Shown: one piece after another, positions 8,898-18,541 of the stretch
How positions within the stretch are numbered: the first letter of the stretch is position 1
Layout: each line of letters begins with the position of its first letter
DNA from: Candidatus Zhuqueibacterota bacterium
GTDB taxonomy: Bacteria > Zhuqueibacterota > Zhuqueibacteria > Oceanimicrobiales > Oceanimicrobiaceae
Reading direction: 5' to 3'
DNA length: 64,000 bases
Assembly: GCA_029261995.1 (NCBI GenBank)
Contig: JAJDAF010000010.1
Span: 196,767 to 260,766 of the forward strand
Notes under the pieces: generated by a model
What the model saw: only the letters and a program-made list of their open reading frames with translations
The model's database searches: none
What the model was told of the DNA's origin: nothing
Made by a program: the position numbers and the translations under genes

Positions 8898-9610
8898 TGT
8901 CAACATTCTCGACGGTTCTACTGGTTCTGGTAATCGTGCTCTTGGGAGTTGCGGGATACTACTATCTCGATACGGTGCAGCCTCTTCAGGTTGCTTTCGA
9001 AGAGTCGCAACAGAGAAATCTTGAGCTTACCTACCAGGTTGAGCAGTTGGAGCACAGGCTCGCCGAGAAGGTCAGGAAAACACAAAAAGAAAAAGAGTCT
9101 GAGATTGCCAACGTAAAGTCCACCTACGAAGAGCTTGTTCTGAATCTACGGGAGCAGGTTGATAGAGGAGAGGTGACCATCACAAAAATGGCGGACCAAC
9201 TGAAGGTGAATATTGTTGATCGCATCATCTTTCCGACAGGATCGGCTGACCTGAGTGAGGCGGGTGTGAAGGTGTTGCAGCGCGTGGGTAGTGTCCTCAG
9301 AAATACCGAGAACAAGCGAATCCGAGTCGAGGGGCACACCGACAACGTGCCGATTCATCGTAATCTGCAGGAAAAATTTGAGTCGAATTGGGAACTGTCG
9401 GCGGCCCGGGCAACGAATGTTGTTCGTTTTCTGCAAGATGGTGTCAAGATCAACCCCAGAAGGCTCGAAGCGGCGGGACTGGGACAGTATCAGCCCATCT
9501 CCTCGAACAAAACCAGGGCGGGCAAGCGCCGAAATCGGCGAATCGAAATCCTGTTGCTGCCGACACAGCATCCCAATCGAGCCTCGGGACAATCTGCTGC
9601 TAGGAAGTAG
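8897..9610 (+). CDS. OmpA/MotB-domain protein with N-terminal TM helix and coiled coil
   Basis: An N-terminal TM helix (VLLVLVIVLLGVAGYYY) and a coiled coil precede an OmpA_C-like peptidoglycan-binding domain (IIFPTGSADL...RIRVEGHTDNVPI...NWELSAARATNVVRFL). Confidence 0.7.
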   Translation: MSTFSTVLLVLVIVLLGVAGYYYLDTVQPLQVAFEESQQRNLELTYQVEQLEHRLAEKVRKTQKEKESEIANVKSTYEELVLNLREQVDRGEVTITKMADQLKVNIVDRIIFPTGSADLSEAGVKVLQRVGSVLRNTENKRIRVEGHTDNVPIHRNLQEKFESNWELSAARATNVVRFLQDGVKINPRRLEAAGLGQYQPISSNKTRAGKRRNRRIEILLLPTQHPNRASGQSAARK

Positions 9611-9673
9611 TCCAGTTTACAGACCTGTTCGGCAACTGATTCTATCCATAACCAACTAACAGGGAGAACGCAC

Positions 9674-9988
9674 ATGGGGGCAACTCTGCTGGTCATCTCA
9701 GTGGGCGCCTTGTTGATGATGTGGTTCATCGATTTTTTCACCTCCTGGTACGCACGGTTCCTGAGCCGCTGGATGCCGTATCCTCGCATCCGAGTGTTGC
9801 TCGGGCAATTGGTTTGGGCCCTCTTGGCGGTCATTTTTTGGTATATCCTTTTCACCAGACATCTGCCGGACCTGCACAACCCCACCTATTTTTTCTTCGT
9901 CATTTTTATCTACAGTGTCCGCGGCCTGGTTGAGTCACTGGTCAAGGGCAGAAAGCACAGTTCATCCGCGGATGATTCGGCGGCGTAG
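9674..9988 (+). CDS. Hypothetical small membrane protein (3 predicted TM helices)
   Basis: ORF with hydrophobic segments and no recognisable motif. Confidence 0.3.
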   Translation: MGATLLVISVGALLMMWFIDFFTSWYARFLSRWMPYPRIRVLLGQLVWALLAVIFWYILFTRHLPDLHNPTYFFFVIFIYSVRGLVESLVKGRKHSSSADDSAA

Positions 9989-10061
9989 CTTCCAGCGAAA
10001 TTTGATTGCATTTGGAAGCAGCAGGTATTATCTTGTGCCAGTTGCTTAATGAAAATGCAGG

Positions 10062-11387
10062 TTGATGGAACAACTACTCCAAGTCTTCATAATTTTCCTC
10101 TTCGTCTTCCTAAACGGTTTCTTTGTTGCTGCCGAATTCGCGATTATCAAAGTGCGCGGCTCGCAAATCGAACCTCTCGCCCAAAAGGGCAGCGCCTCCG
10201 CAAAGACCGCCAAGCGCATTCTCGCGAACCTGGATGCCTATCTCTCCGCCTGCCAGGTAGGGATCACCTTTGCTAGTCTGGCGCTTGGCTGGGTCGGCGA
10301 ACCGTATGTGGCCGGGATGTTGGAACCGATTTTTGTCAGCCTCGGCATTTCCGCGGAAGCGGTGGTTCACAGCATTTCCTTTGTCGTTGCGTTTACCATC
10401 ATAACCTACCTTCACATTGTTTTAGGTGAGATGGCGCCAAAATCCCTTTCCATTCGTTTGGCTGAGAAGACGACTATTCTGGTCGCAATTCCGCTCGACA
10501 TCTTCTATAAGGTATTCAAACCGTTCATCATCTTTCTGAATAAGTCAGCCTTGATTATTCTCAAACTGGTCGGCGTCAACCCATCGGAAGAAGGGCAGGA
10601 TGCGCTCTCCGGTGACGAATTGAAGCTCGTCTTTGCCCATTCTGAAAAAAGCGGCCACTTGACCGAGCGGGAAGTTGAGATCATGCAAAATGTGCTGGCG
10701 CTGCATGATAAGACCGCGAAACAGATCATGATTCCCAGAACTGCCGTGACCTATCTGTCAACCACAAACACTTTTACAGAGAATCTCACGATCACGCAGG
10801 AGGACCAGCACACCCGCTATCCGCTCTGTACTGGTGATCTCGACCATGTCATCGGCATGGTGCACATCAAGGACGTGCTGGCCGCAACCGCGCGACGTGA
10901 AAAAGGACTGCGGATGGCAAAACTCAAGCGGGACGTAATATTTTATCCTGAGAGCATTACGCTGGACGCACTTTTTCGGGAATTCCAGCGTACCAAGCTG
11001 CACATGTCCGTCTTGATAGACGAGTATGGCGGAACCACTGGCATCGTTACCCTTGAGGACGTCCTTGAAGAGCTTGTCGGTGAGATCTATGATGAGTTCG
11101 ACCAGCCGGTCGCCTTTGTTCGCCAGGTAGGGCGGCGGGAGTTCAGCCTCGACGGCTTATGCCCGGTGAAAATGTGTGAACAGAAGTTGGGTGTGAAGCT
11201 GCCGGACTATGGCGTTGAGACGGTTGGCGGAGTCGTTTTCAGCCTGGCAGGTCACATTCCCAAATCTGGCCACAAGCTGGAATTCGACGGAGGTGTATTT
11301 GTGGTTGAGTCTATCGACCGGCAGAGAATAGCGCGCGTGCGGCTCATCCTTCAGGACGAAAAAACAGAAGTTGCCAATCCCGAGTAG
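10062..11387 (+). CDS. CNNM/HlyC/CorC-family transporter (DUF21 + CBS pair + CorC_HlyC domain)
   Basis: An N-terminal DUF21 membrane domain (FFVAAEFAIIKVR) is followed by a CBS pair and a C-terminal CorC/HlyC transporter-associated domain (TLEDVLEELVGEIYDEFD). Confidence 0.85.
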   Translation: MMEQLLQVFIIFLFVFLNGFFVAAEFAIIKVRGSQIEPLAQKGSASAKTAKRILANLDAYLSACQVGITFASLALGWVGEPYVAGMLEPIFVSLGISAEAVVHSISFVVAFTIITYLHIVLGEMAPKSLSIRLAEKTTILVAIPLDIFYKVFKPFIIFLNKSALIILKLVGVNPSEEGQDALSGDELKLVFAHSEKSGHLTEREVEIMQNVLALHDKTAKQIMIPRTAVTYLSTTNTFTENLTITQEDQHTRYPLCTGDLDHVIGMVHIKDVLAATARREKGLRMAKLKRDVIFYPESITLDALFREFQRTKLHMSVLIDEYGGTTGIVTLEDVLEELVGEIYDEFDQPVAFVRQVGRREFSLDGLCPVKMCEQKLGVKLPDYGVETVGGVVFSLAGHIPKSGHKLEFDGGVFVVESIDRQRIARVRLILQDEKTEVANPE

Positions 11388-11450
11388 AGAAGCGCGTTTA
11401 ACAAGCCGGCGTGGCTGGTTTACCTGGCCGGGCACTCTCCACTTCTACCC

Positions 11451-11969
11451 CTACTCATAGTACAAGTATTTTCTCCAGTAATGATTGTCGCGTGCTTTCG
11501 CGCGCACCAAATGTAGGTAGAAGTAGCTGCTCAGTGGCCGTGGCTTGTTTATCAGCACCATGTCAGCTTCCTTTGGCGTGCGGTCACCCTTGTTGCAATT
11601 GCACTTTTTGCAGCACGTGACCAGATTCTCCCAGGATGACTTGCCACCGCGCGACTGCGGCAGAATGTGGTCCAGCGTCAGTGACTGCGGCGGCTGCGTT
11701 GTACCGCAGTATTGGCACATATGGCTGTCGCGCTGGAAGATGTGACCCTTCGAGTAGGCTCTCTTTCGGTAAGGAATCTTAATGTAGTGAATGAGGCGAA
11801 TAACAGCTGGGACCGGGAAAGCGACTGAAGGGGAGTGCAACATCAGCGGCGTATTTTGCTCGCTCTGCGCAACACCTTTTACGATCAGCACAATGGCGCG
11901 TCTGGCATCACAAACGTGGATGGGTTCGTAGCTGGCGTTCAGTACCAGTACCTGGGTATACATGCGCAT
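11451..11969 (-). CDS. HNH endonuclease-family protein
   Basis: HNH/zinc motifs CQYCG...LDHILPQSRGG...WENLVTCCKKCNCNKG are present, with an N-terminal domain of unknown function. It is a stand-alone 172-aa ORF. Confidence 0.7.
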   Translation of the reverse strand: MRMYTQVLVLNASYEPIHVCDARRAIVLIVKGVAQSEQNTPLMLHSPSVAFPVPAVIRLIHYIKIPYRKRAYSKGHIFQRDSHMCQYCGTTQPPQSLTLDHILPQSRGGKSSWENLVTCCKKCNCNKGDRTPKEADMVLINKPRPLSSYFYLHLVRAKARDNHYWRKYLYYE

Positions 11970-12365
11970 CGACCTTCGGCTTGTGGTCTGAGTTGATACG
12001 AAATTTAAAGATTTCAGTCGTTTTAGTCAAGCCCTTCTTTTCGCTTGCAATTCTTAGTCGAAAGCAGTAAAATATACGCCTTTTATGAGCCGGGTAGACG
12101 CAATTTCGAGCGTAACTGACCTGGACGGCGCCCATTCACCTGACAGCGCGAGCTATTCTCGCAGCCAATACGGTGGCGACGACACGGTCGCAGTTTTATA
12201 GGGTTTACAGTCTGGTGTGCGATGGTTGCGGTTGGGCCGGCCCGCATCAGGGCTATCACGCACTTTGAAGTTACCCAATAAGATGTTTATGGCGGCCCTT
12301 ACCGTGGCCCTAAGCGTGTTCAGCGCTTGATGACGCCTGCGCACTGAACAACGGAGACTGTTAGT

Positions 12366-13712
12366 TTGCGGATTCTTGTGATCGGCTGTGGCGAAGTTGG
12401 ATTCCATCTCGCCAGGCTTTTTTCGCGCGAGGCCCACGACGTCGTGATGGTCGAGCCCAACAAAGATAAAATCGCCCGCGCCCGCGAAATGCTCGATATT
12501 CTCGTTATCGAGGGTAGCGGTTCGAGCGTCGAGACCTTGATCAAGGCAGGGATAAAGACCACCGATCTGGTCATCGCGGTTTCTGCGATTGATGAAGTCA
12601 ATATCGTGGCCTGCATGATGGCAGGCAAGCTGGGCGTGGGCAAGAAGATCGCACGCGTGCGTAACCAGGATTTTGCCCACCAGGATGCGATTCTGACCGC
12701 CGAACAGTTGGGAATCGATCTGATCATCAACCCTGAGCTTGAGACCGCGCAGGAAATCGTCTGGCTCATCCGCCGTTCGGCTGCGACCGATGTCATCGAG
12801 TTCGCCGACGGGGCCATCCAGCTTGTCGGCTTAAGACTTGACTCCAAAGCAGGTCTCAGCCACAAACAATTGCGCGATGTCAGCGTCAGCATTCCAGAAC
12901 TCACTTTTCGAACGGTTGCCATTGTGCGCAACGGCCGGACCATTATTCCAACTGGTGAAGACTATTTTCAGCCCGGCGACCAGATTTTTGCCGTGTCGAA
13001 AACTGAGTCAGTGCCTGAGTTGCTCGACCTTTGTGGTAAGACCAATGAGAGCATCGATAAACTGATGATTCTCGGCGGCGGAAAAGTCGGGCGGCATGTG
13101 GCCAGAGAGCTTGAGAATGACAAAGGGCTGTCCATCAAACTGATTGAATCGAACCAAAGCAAGTCAGAATTTGTTGCTGAACAACTTCGAAGGACGCTGG
13201 TGATTCAGGGAGATGGTACGGACGTAGACCTGCTGGCATCAGAGGGCATTATTGACCAGGATGCGTTCATCTCCGTCACTGATGATGAGGAGTCCAACAT
13301 CATTACTTCTCTGCTCGCACGACATTTGGGTGTGCGGCGCACTGTGACGCTGGTCCAGCGGGCGACTTACATTCCACTCATGAGCTCAATCGGTCTCGAT
13401 GCAACCGTTGACAAGAGCATCATTACCGCGAACGCCATCGCCCGCTTTATTCACCGGGCCGAAGTGGTTTCGGTAGCACGCCTGCGCGGCGTTGATGCCG
13501 AGGCAATTGAACTTGTCGCTCGCAGCGGCTCTGCCATCACCAGGAAACCCTTGCAAAAATTGAAATTCCCGGAAGGCGCCATCATTGGGGCGGTCAACCG
13601 CGGTGGTGATGTCTTCGTGCCGGTCGGAAACACGGTGATTCAACCGAAAGATAAAGTCGTCGTCTTTGCACTGCCGAGGTCCGTGGCCAGTGTGGAAAAG
13701 ATATTCGGATAG
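12366..13712 (+). CDS. trkA: Trk potassium uptake system NAD-binding subunit TrkA (tandem RCK domains), TTG start
   Basis: Two Rossmann/RCK_N repeats (ILVIGCGEVGFHLA and LMILGGGKVGRHVA), each followed by an RCK_C domain. trkH is adjacent. Confidence 0.9.
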   Translation: MRILVIGCGEVGFHLARLFSREAHDVVMVEPNKDKIARAREMLDILVIEGSGSSVETLIKAGIKTTDLVIAVSAIDEVNIVACMMAGKLGVGKKIARVRNQDFAHQDAILTAEQLGIDLIINPELETAQEIVWLIRRSAATDVIEFADGAIQLVGLRLDSKAGLSHKQLRDVSVSIPELTFRTVAIVRNGRTIIPTGEDYFQPGDQIFAVSKTESVPELLDLCGKTNESIDKLMILGGGKVGRHVARELENDKGLSIKLIESNQSKSEFVAEQLRRTLVIQGDGTDVDLLASEGIIDQDAFISVTDDEESNIITSLLARHLGVRRTVTLVQRATYIPLMSSIGLDATVDKSIITANAIARFIHRAEVVSVARLRGVDAEAIELVARSGSAITRKPLQKLKFPEGAIIGAVNRGGDVFVPVGNTVIQPKDKVVVFALPRSVASVEKIFG

Positions 13713-15155
13713 ATGGATATCAAGGCCGTTTTGCATGTTCTCGGCGCCTTGCTGGTTTCAATTGGCGCTTCATTGCTCATCCCCATTGGCGTCTGCCTCA
13801 TCTATAACGATGGCGGGTTGCACGCCTTCATCATTTCCTTCCTGATCATCGTGACTGTTGGCCTGCTGCTCTGGCTCAAGACCCCGGCCGACCGTGAAGT
13901 TCAGGTGAGGGAAGGGTTCGCGATCGTCACCTTTGGCTGGATTGCGCTGGCAGGTTTCGGCGCACTGCCGTTTGTGCTCGCCTCTTCGGGTATCTCCTAC
14001 ACTGACGCCTTCTTCGAGACCATGTCGGGGTTTACCACCACCGGCGCTACTATTCTGTCAGATGTTGAGGCCCTGCCGCATGGCCTGCTTTTCTGGAGAA
14101 GTTTCACGCACTGGCTTGGTGGCATGGGAATCATTTTACTCTCCCTGGCCATCCTGCCCATGCTTGGCGTTGGCGGCATGCAGCTCTTCAAGGCCGAAGT
14201 ACCCGGCCCGTCCGTCGATAAACTGAAACCGCGCATCCAGACCACGGCCAAGATTCTGTGGGGCGTTTACCTTTTCTTCTCGGTAGCAGAGACAGTTTTG
14301 CTTAGACTCGGCGGGATGAATCTATTCGACGCCCTTTGCCACACTTTTGGCACCATGGCGACCGGTGGCTTTTCCACAAAAAATGCTGGAATAAGCCATT
14401 TTGATAGCGCATATATTGAGTACGTGATCTCGATATTCATGGTCCTGGCCGGAGCCAATTTTGCGTTGCACTATCGCGCACTGCGCGGGCAGCTCAGCAG
14501 TTACCACAGGAACGCGGAGTTCAGGTTTTATGTTGGCATCATTGTCGCTGTCACGCTGTTCCTGACATTCAGTTTGCGTTCCAGTCATTTCGACAGTTAC
14601 AGCCAATCGTTGCAGAAGTCCGTGTTCCATGTCGTGAGCCTGATGACCACGACCGGCTTTCACTCTGCGGATTACGAAATGTGGTCGATTTCTGCTCAAT
14701 TCTTGCTCATCATGTTGATGTTTGTTGGCGGGTGCGCCGGTTCCACAGGTGGAGGCATTAAGGTGGTGCGAATCTTCATCGCAATCAAGTATTCGGCGAC
14801 TCAACTTAAGAAGCTCGTCCACCCTCATGCTGTGATTCCGCTACGGCTTGGGCAGACGTCAGTTGCTCGCGAAGCTGCTTCTGGGGTCATGGATTTTCTG
14901 TTGATTTACTTCTTCATCTTTGCCGCGGGGTCCTTCGCGATGACTCTGTTCGGACTCGACCTGGTGACATCGGTCAGTACAGTGATCTCGACTCTGGGGA
15001 ACATTGGGCCAGGCATCGGCACCATCGGTCCGACGGAGAATTTTGCCCACATTCCGGCGGCAGGCAAGTGGTTGTTGAGTCTGCTGATGCTGGTCGGGCG
15101 CCTTGAGATTTTTACCGTCCTGGTTATTTTCAGTCGACATTTCTGGATAAAATAA
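13713..15155 (+). CDS. trkH: Trk potassium uptake system membrane subunit TrkH
   Basis: 480-aa polytopic protein with TrkH/KtrB-type repeated M1-P-M2 units (MSGFTTTGATIL, TGGFSTKNAG, TTTGFHSADYEM). Its start abuts the trkA stop. Confidence 0.9.
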   Translation: MDIKAVLHVLGALLVSIGASLLIPIGVCLIYNDGGLHAFIISFLIIVTVGLLLWLKTPADREVQVREGFAIVTFGWIALAGFGALPFVLASSGISYTDAFFETMSGFTTTGATILSDVEALPHGLLFWRSFTHWLGGMGIILLSLAILPMLGVGGMQLFKAEVPGPSVDKLKPRIQTTAKILWGVYLFFSVAETVLLRLGGMNLFDALCHTFGTMATGGFSTKNAGISHFDSAYIEYVISIFMVLAGANFALHYRALRGQLSSYHRNAEFRFYVGIIVAVTLFLTFSLRSSHFDSYSQSLQKSVFHVVSLMTTTGFHSADYEMWSISAQFLLIMLMFVGGCAGSTGGGIKVVRIFIAIKYSATQLKKLVHPHAVIPLRLGQTSVAREAASGVMDFLLIYFFIFAAGSFAMTLFGLDLVTSVSTVISTLGNIGPGIGTIGPTENFAHIPAAGKWLLSLLMLVGRLEIFTVLVIFSRHFWIK

Positions 15156-15163
15156 ACCGCGCT

Positions 15164-16417
15164 ATGAGCACACGTTTCGGCGTTGGTCCAGCGTTGGTGG
15201 CCGGCGTCACAATTATGTTCGCTTTGTTTGCCAGAATCGATCCGGCGTTGGCGCAGAAAGTCGGCACAGATTCTCGGCGTCACGTGGTTGTCGGTGGTTT
15301 AGCCGGCAGGATAGACTTCAGGGAGTTGCGCCTGCTGACCAGCCAAGGTTATGTTCGTCTCACGGGCGAAGGAAATGGCAAGCCTTTCTCTCTCGGCATG
15401 AGAAATAAAAATCAGGTCACCGTACGATATCATGATTTTGGTTTGGAGGATTTCAACCCGAATACGGTAACCATCAAACTGTACGCGAGTGAGCGTGCTT
15501 TGATGTCGGCGCTCATCCTCGAAGATGTGGATGTTGCGGTTCTGGAAAGCGAGGCCTCCGCGCTAGAGATTCGCAAGTCGAACAATCACTACTTGACTCT
15601 GCCCATTCCCATGGAGCAGAACAACGTCAAGATGGTCCTCTACAACCATCGCAACCCGCTTTTCTCCTCATCGAAGATTCGAGGGGCCATTTCGCTGGGT
15701 ATCGACCACGGGTACATTATCAACAAGATCATTCAGGGAGGCAAAGCCACGATCGCCAAGGGGCCTTTTGACGAGAATTCATCGCTGTTTAACTCGGGCA
15801 TGAAATCGTACAAATACAATCCCCGCCTTGCGCTGCAAACGCTGGCCAATTTAGGATGGCGCGACAGCAACCGCGATGGCATCATTGAAAAAAACGGCCG
15901 GCCGTTTGTGATGGAGTTGTTTTATCAAAAGGGCGTGCGGCTCGATGAAGCCATCTCTCGGATCATCAAAATAAACCTGATCAGGCTTGGAATCGATGTC
16001 CATCCACGGCCTTTAACAAAGGCTGAACTCAACGACCGGATGGCCTCCGGCGATTTTGATGCGGTGCTGGCGGACCATGTGTTTGAGGCCGGCGTTGAGA
16101 GTCTGCGCGCTGTGTTTTCCACCGGAGGCAAGGAAAACTATGCCGGATATCGCAGCGTTACTTTCCAGCGCTATCTTGGCTTCTACGACAGCGCCTCCGA
16201 CCGAAAACGCAAAATAACTCTGGTTAAAAGTATGCAAAGCGTCCTGAACCAGGACCAGCCGGCGACTTTTCTCTATTTCAAGTGGAACACCCACTACATC
16301 GTCAACGTTCGGCGCTTTGCCAACTACCGGCATCTATCCGGTCAGAAGAGCGGTAAGATCCGTCCATTTGAACAGTGGATCGTCAAGCCCGTTTTTGATG
16401 CAACACGGGAGAAGTAG
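15164..16417 (+). CDS. Periplasmic solute-binding protein, SBP family 5 (peptide/nickel-type) fold, likely sensor-associated
   Basis: It has a signal peptide and SBP_bac_5-like segments, and is shorter than transport SBPs. A sensor kinase gene follows 14 nt downstream. Confidence 0.55.
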   Translation: MSTRFGVGPALVAGVTIMFALFARIDPALAQKVGTDSRRHVVVGGLAGRIDFRELRLLTSQGYVRLTGEGNGKPFSLGMRNKNQVTVRYHDFGLEDFNPNTVTIKLYASERALMSALILEDVDVAVLESEASALEIRKSNNHYLTLPIPMEQNNVKMVLYNHRNPLFSSSKIRGAISLGIDHGYIINKIIQGGKATIAKGPFDENSSLFNSGMKSYKYNPRLALQTLANLGWRDSNRDGIIEKNGRPFVMELFYQKGVRLDEAISRIIKINLIRLGIDVHPRPLTKAELNDRMASGDFDAVLADHVFEAGVESLRAVFSTGGKENYAGYRSVTFQRYLGFYDSASDRKRKITLVKSMQSVLNQDQPATFLYFKWNTHYIVNVRRFANYRHLSGQKSGKIRPFEQWIVKPVFDATREK

Positions 16418-16430
16418 CCTTCTCATTCCC

Positions 16431-18227
16431 ATGGCACGATATCGTCCAAATATAAGAATTCGACACCGACTGCTGACCAGGTTGCTGGTCTCGCATATCC
16501 TCATTGTCTCGCTTCCGTTGTTCATTACGGGGAAAGTACTCGTTGACACGGCGCAGGATTCTATCAAGAATACGATTCTTACCAGAAATTTTGAGTTCGC
16601 CAACCGCTCAACTCGGTTTATTGATCTGAAGCTAAACACCGCTCGGGATCTGGTCAAGAGCCAGGCGAAATTTCAATCCATGTTTGAGATGACACGCAGC
16701 AAGCAGGAACTGGCGATCAATACGCTGGTCAATGAGTTTGATCTTTTTGACCAGATTTCTGTCATCGACACTCTGGGCCACCTGATTGCCTCGACTTCTT
16801 TCGACGACATTGCTTCCAAGAAACTGGGCAGCAACGGCATGGTGGCCTCGATTCTGGCATCCTTCAAAGCTGGCGTCGGCTACCGCACGAGTGTATACAT
16901 CTCCGAGGCCGAACGACTGCCCATGCTGGATATCGCCGAACCCATAACGCTATTCAACGATGTCGTCGGCATTCTATACGCCATCGTCGATCTGAAAGCG
17001 ATGTGGGACATCGTGGACCAGAACAAGATAGGCAAGCGCGGTGAGTCGTTCATCTTTGACCGCAACGGTGTTTTCATCGCACATTCTGACCGCAAGAATG
17101 TCTACTCGAAGCGGCGATTTGTCAATCCGGAAATCGTGAGCAAGATCAGAGAAGGCGAGAGTGGCCAGCAAATCTACACACCGGCCGGCGGCGAGGAGAT
17201 GGTAGCCGCTTATGCGCCGATTGGCAATTTCGGCTGGGGCGCCATGTTGCAGCAACCGACTTCCGAGGCGTTTGAGCCAGCACGCCGCATGCGATTCCGT
17301 GTCATCCAGTTCATGCTCATTAGTGTCCTTTTCGCATCCATGCTTGCGTATTTCTACTCCAAACTCATCGTCACGCCTGTCAACCACCTGGTTTCCGGTA
17401 TCCAGCGTTTTTCGCGCGGCGAGCTGACCTACCGAATCTCTGAAGTCGCAGATGATGAGATTGGCGAGTTAGCAAAGAATTTCAACAATATGGCCGAACG
17501 CCTAATCGAATTTCAGGAGAAACTCAAACGCACGGAAGTACTGGAAGCACTGAGCAAGCTGGCATCGGTTCTGTCTCACGAGATTCGGAATCCCCTCAAC
17601 TCGATGGTTATTAATATGCAAATTCTCAAGCGCGAGTTGTCGCGTGAGCAAGTCAACAAGGAGAGGGTGGAGAAGTTATATGGAATCCTTGAGTCTGAGA
17701 TCCGGAGGGTTGATCAGCTTGTAACTGATTTTCTGCTCATCGCACGGCCACCGAAAATGGAAAAGAGCGAGATCGCAATCAATGAACTCATTGATGAGGT
17801 CGTTATGACCCAGGTGGCGGACTCGCTCAACAAGGGTATCAGAATCGAGCGGGAGTATAAAAAGACCCCGCTGCACGCATTTGTCGATGGCGCCAAGATC
17901 CGGCAGGTTTTTCTCAATCTAACCATAAACGCAATTCAGGCGATGCCGGGCGGAGGCCGCCTGAAGGTTGAGCTGCGTGAAGCCGCCAAGTCGTCAAGCC
18001 CGCTGCGACGCAAATCAGTGGTCATCCTGTTTTCCGATACCGGTCAAGGAATTGACAAGGCAGATTTGGATAAGATTTTCGATTTCTATTATTCGACGAA
18101 GACCAGCGGCACCGGAATCGGGCTGGCGATTGTGCAACGAATCATTGACGAGCATCAGGGTCGGATTACCGTGAAGAGCAGCCATGGCAAAGGCACGACC
18201 TTTAAGCTTTATCTGCCGGTAGATTAG
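16431..18227 (+). CDS. Sensor histidine kinase (dCache-like periplasmic domain, HAMP, HisKA, HATPase_c)
   Basis: The TM helix, Cache-like extracytoplasmic region, second TM and HAMP are followed by an H-box (LSHEIRNPLNSM) and N/G1/G2 boxes (LNLTINAIQAMPGGG, DTGQGI, GTGIGLAIV). The ATG at 16431 lies after the upstream stop; the ORF track start at 16317 overlaps the previous gene. Confidence 0.8.
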   Translation: MARYRPNIRIRHRLLTRLLVSHILIVSLPLFITGKVLVDTAQDSIKNTILTRNFEFANRSTRFIDLKLNTARDLVKSQAKFQSMFEMTRSKQELAINTLVNEFDLFDQISVIDTLGHLIASTSFDDIASKKLGSNGMVASILASFKAGVGYRTSVYISEAERLPMLDIAEPITLFNDVVGILYAIVDLKAMWDIVDQNKIGKRGESFIFDRNGVFIAHSDRKNVYSKRRFVNPEIVSKIREGESGQQIYTPAGGEEMVAAYAPIGNFGWGAMLQQPTSEAFEPARRMRFRVIQFMLISVLFASMLAYFYSKLIVTPVNHLVSGIQRFSRGELTYRISEVADDEIGELAKNFNNMAERLIEFQEKLKRTEVLEALSKLASVLSHEIRNPLNSMVINMQILKRELSREQVNKERVEKLYGILESEIRRVDQLVTDFLLIARPPKMEKSEIAINELIDEVVMTQVADSLNKGIRIEREYKKTPLHAFVDGAKIRQVFLNLTINAIQAMPGGGRLKVELREAAKSSSPLRRKSVVILFSDTGQGIDKADLDKIFDFYYSTKTSGTGIGLAIVQRIIDEHQGRITVKSSHGKGTTFKLYLPVD

Positions 18228-18541
18228 CCCTTTTTTTCATTCCCTATTTTTATCGATAGACTGCCGCAATCCGACAATCCGGTCATGATGGCGACGCTCC
18301 GGAGTCTCAATCCCCGAACGCTTACTCAGATCGCAACTCGTCAGCCAGCTTGAGATTGATTTCAGATGTCTTGGTATAAAATGTTCGCTATCGTCACATT
18401 TCGCCTTGATCGGAAAAGCGGCGATGCTTAGTTTAGTGAGCTATTGTGTTACGTGTTGGACGGGTCCGTTACGATTTCGGCTGACCCATAAACCCAAATC
18501 CATCAACTTGATTATTGGAGAACTGAGGAGCGGAGACGATC

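Noticed and set aside
12153-12943. Minus-strand ORFs of 175 and 207 aa
   Set aside because: Antisense to trkA and its upstream region, with no RBS or motif. trkA is strongly supported on the plus strand.
14322-14828. 168-aa minus-strand ORF
   Set aside because: Antisense to trkH.
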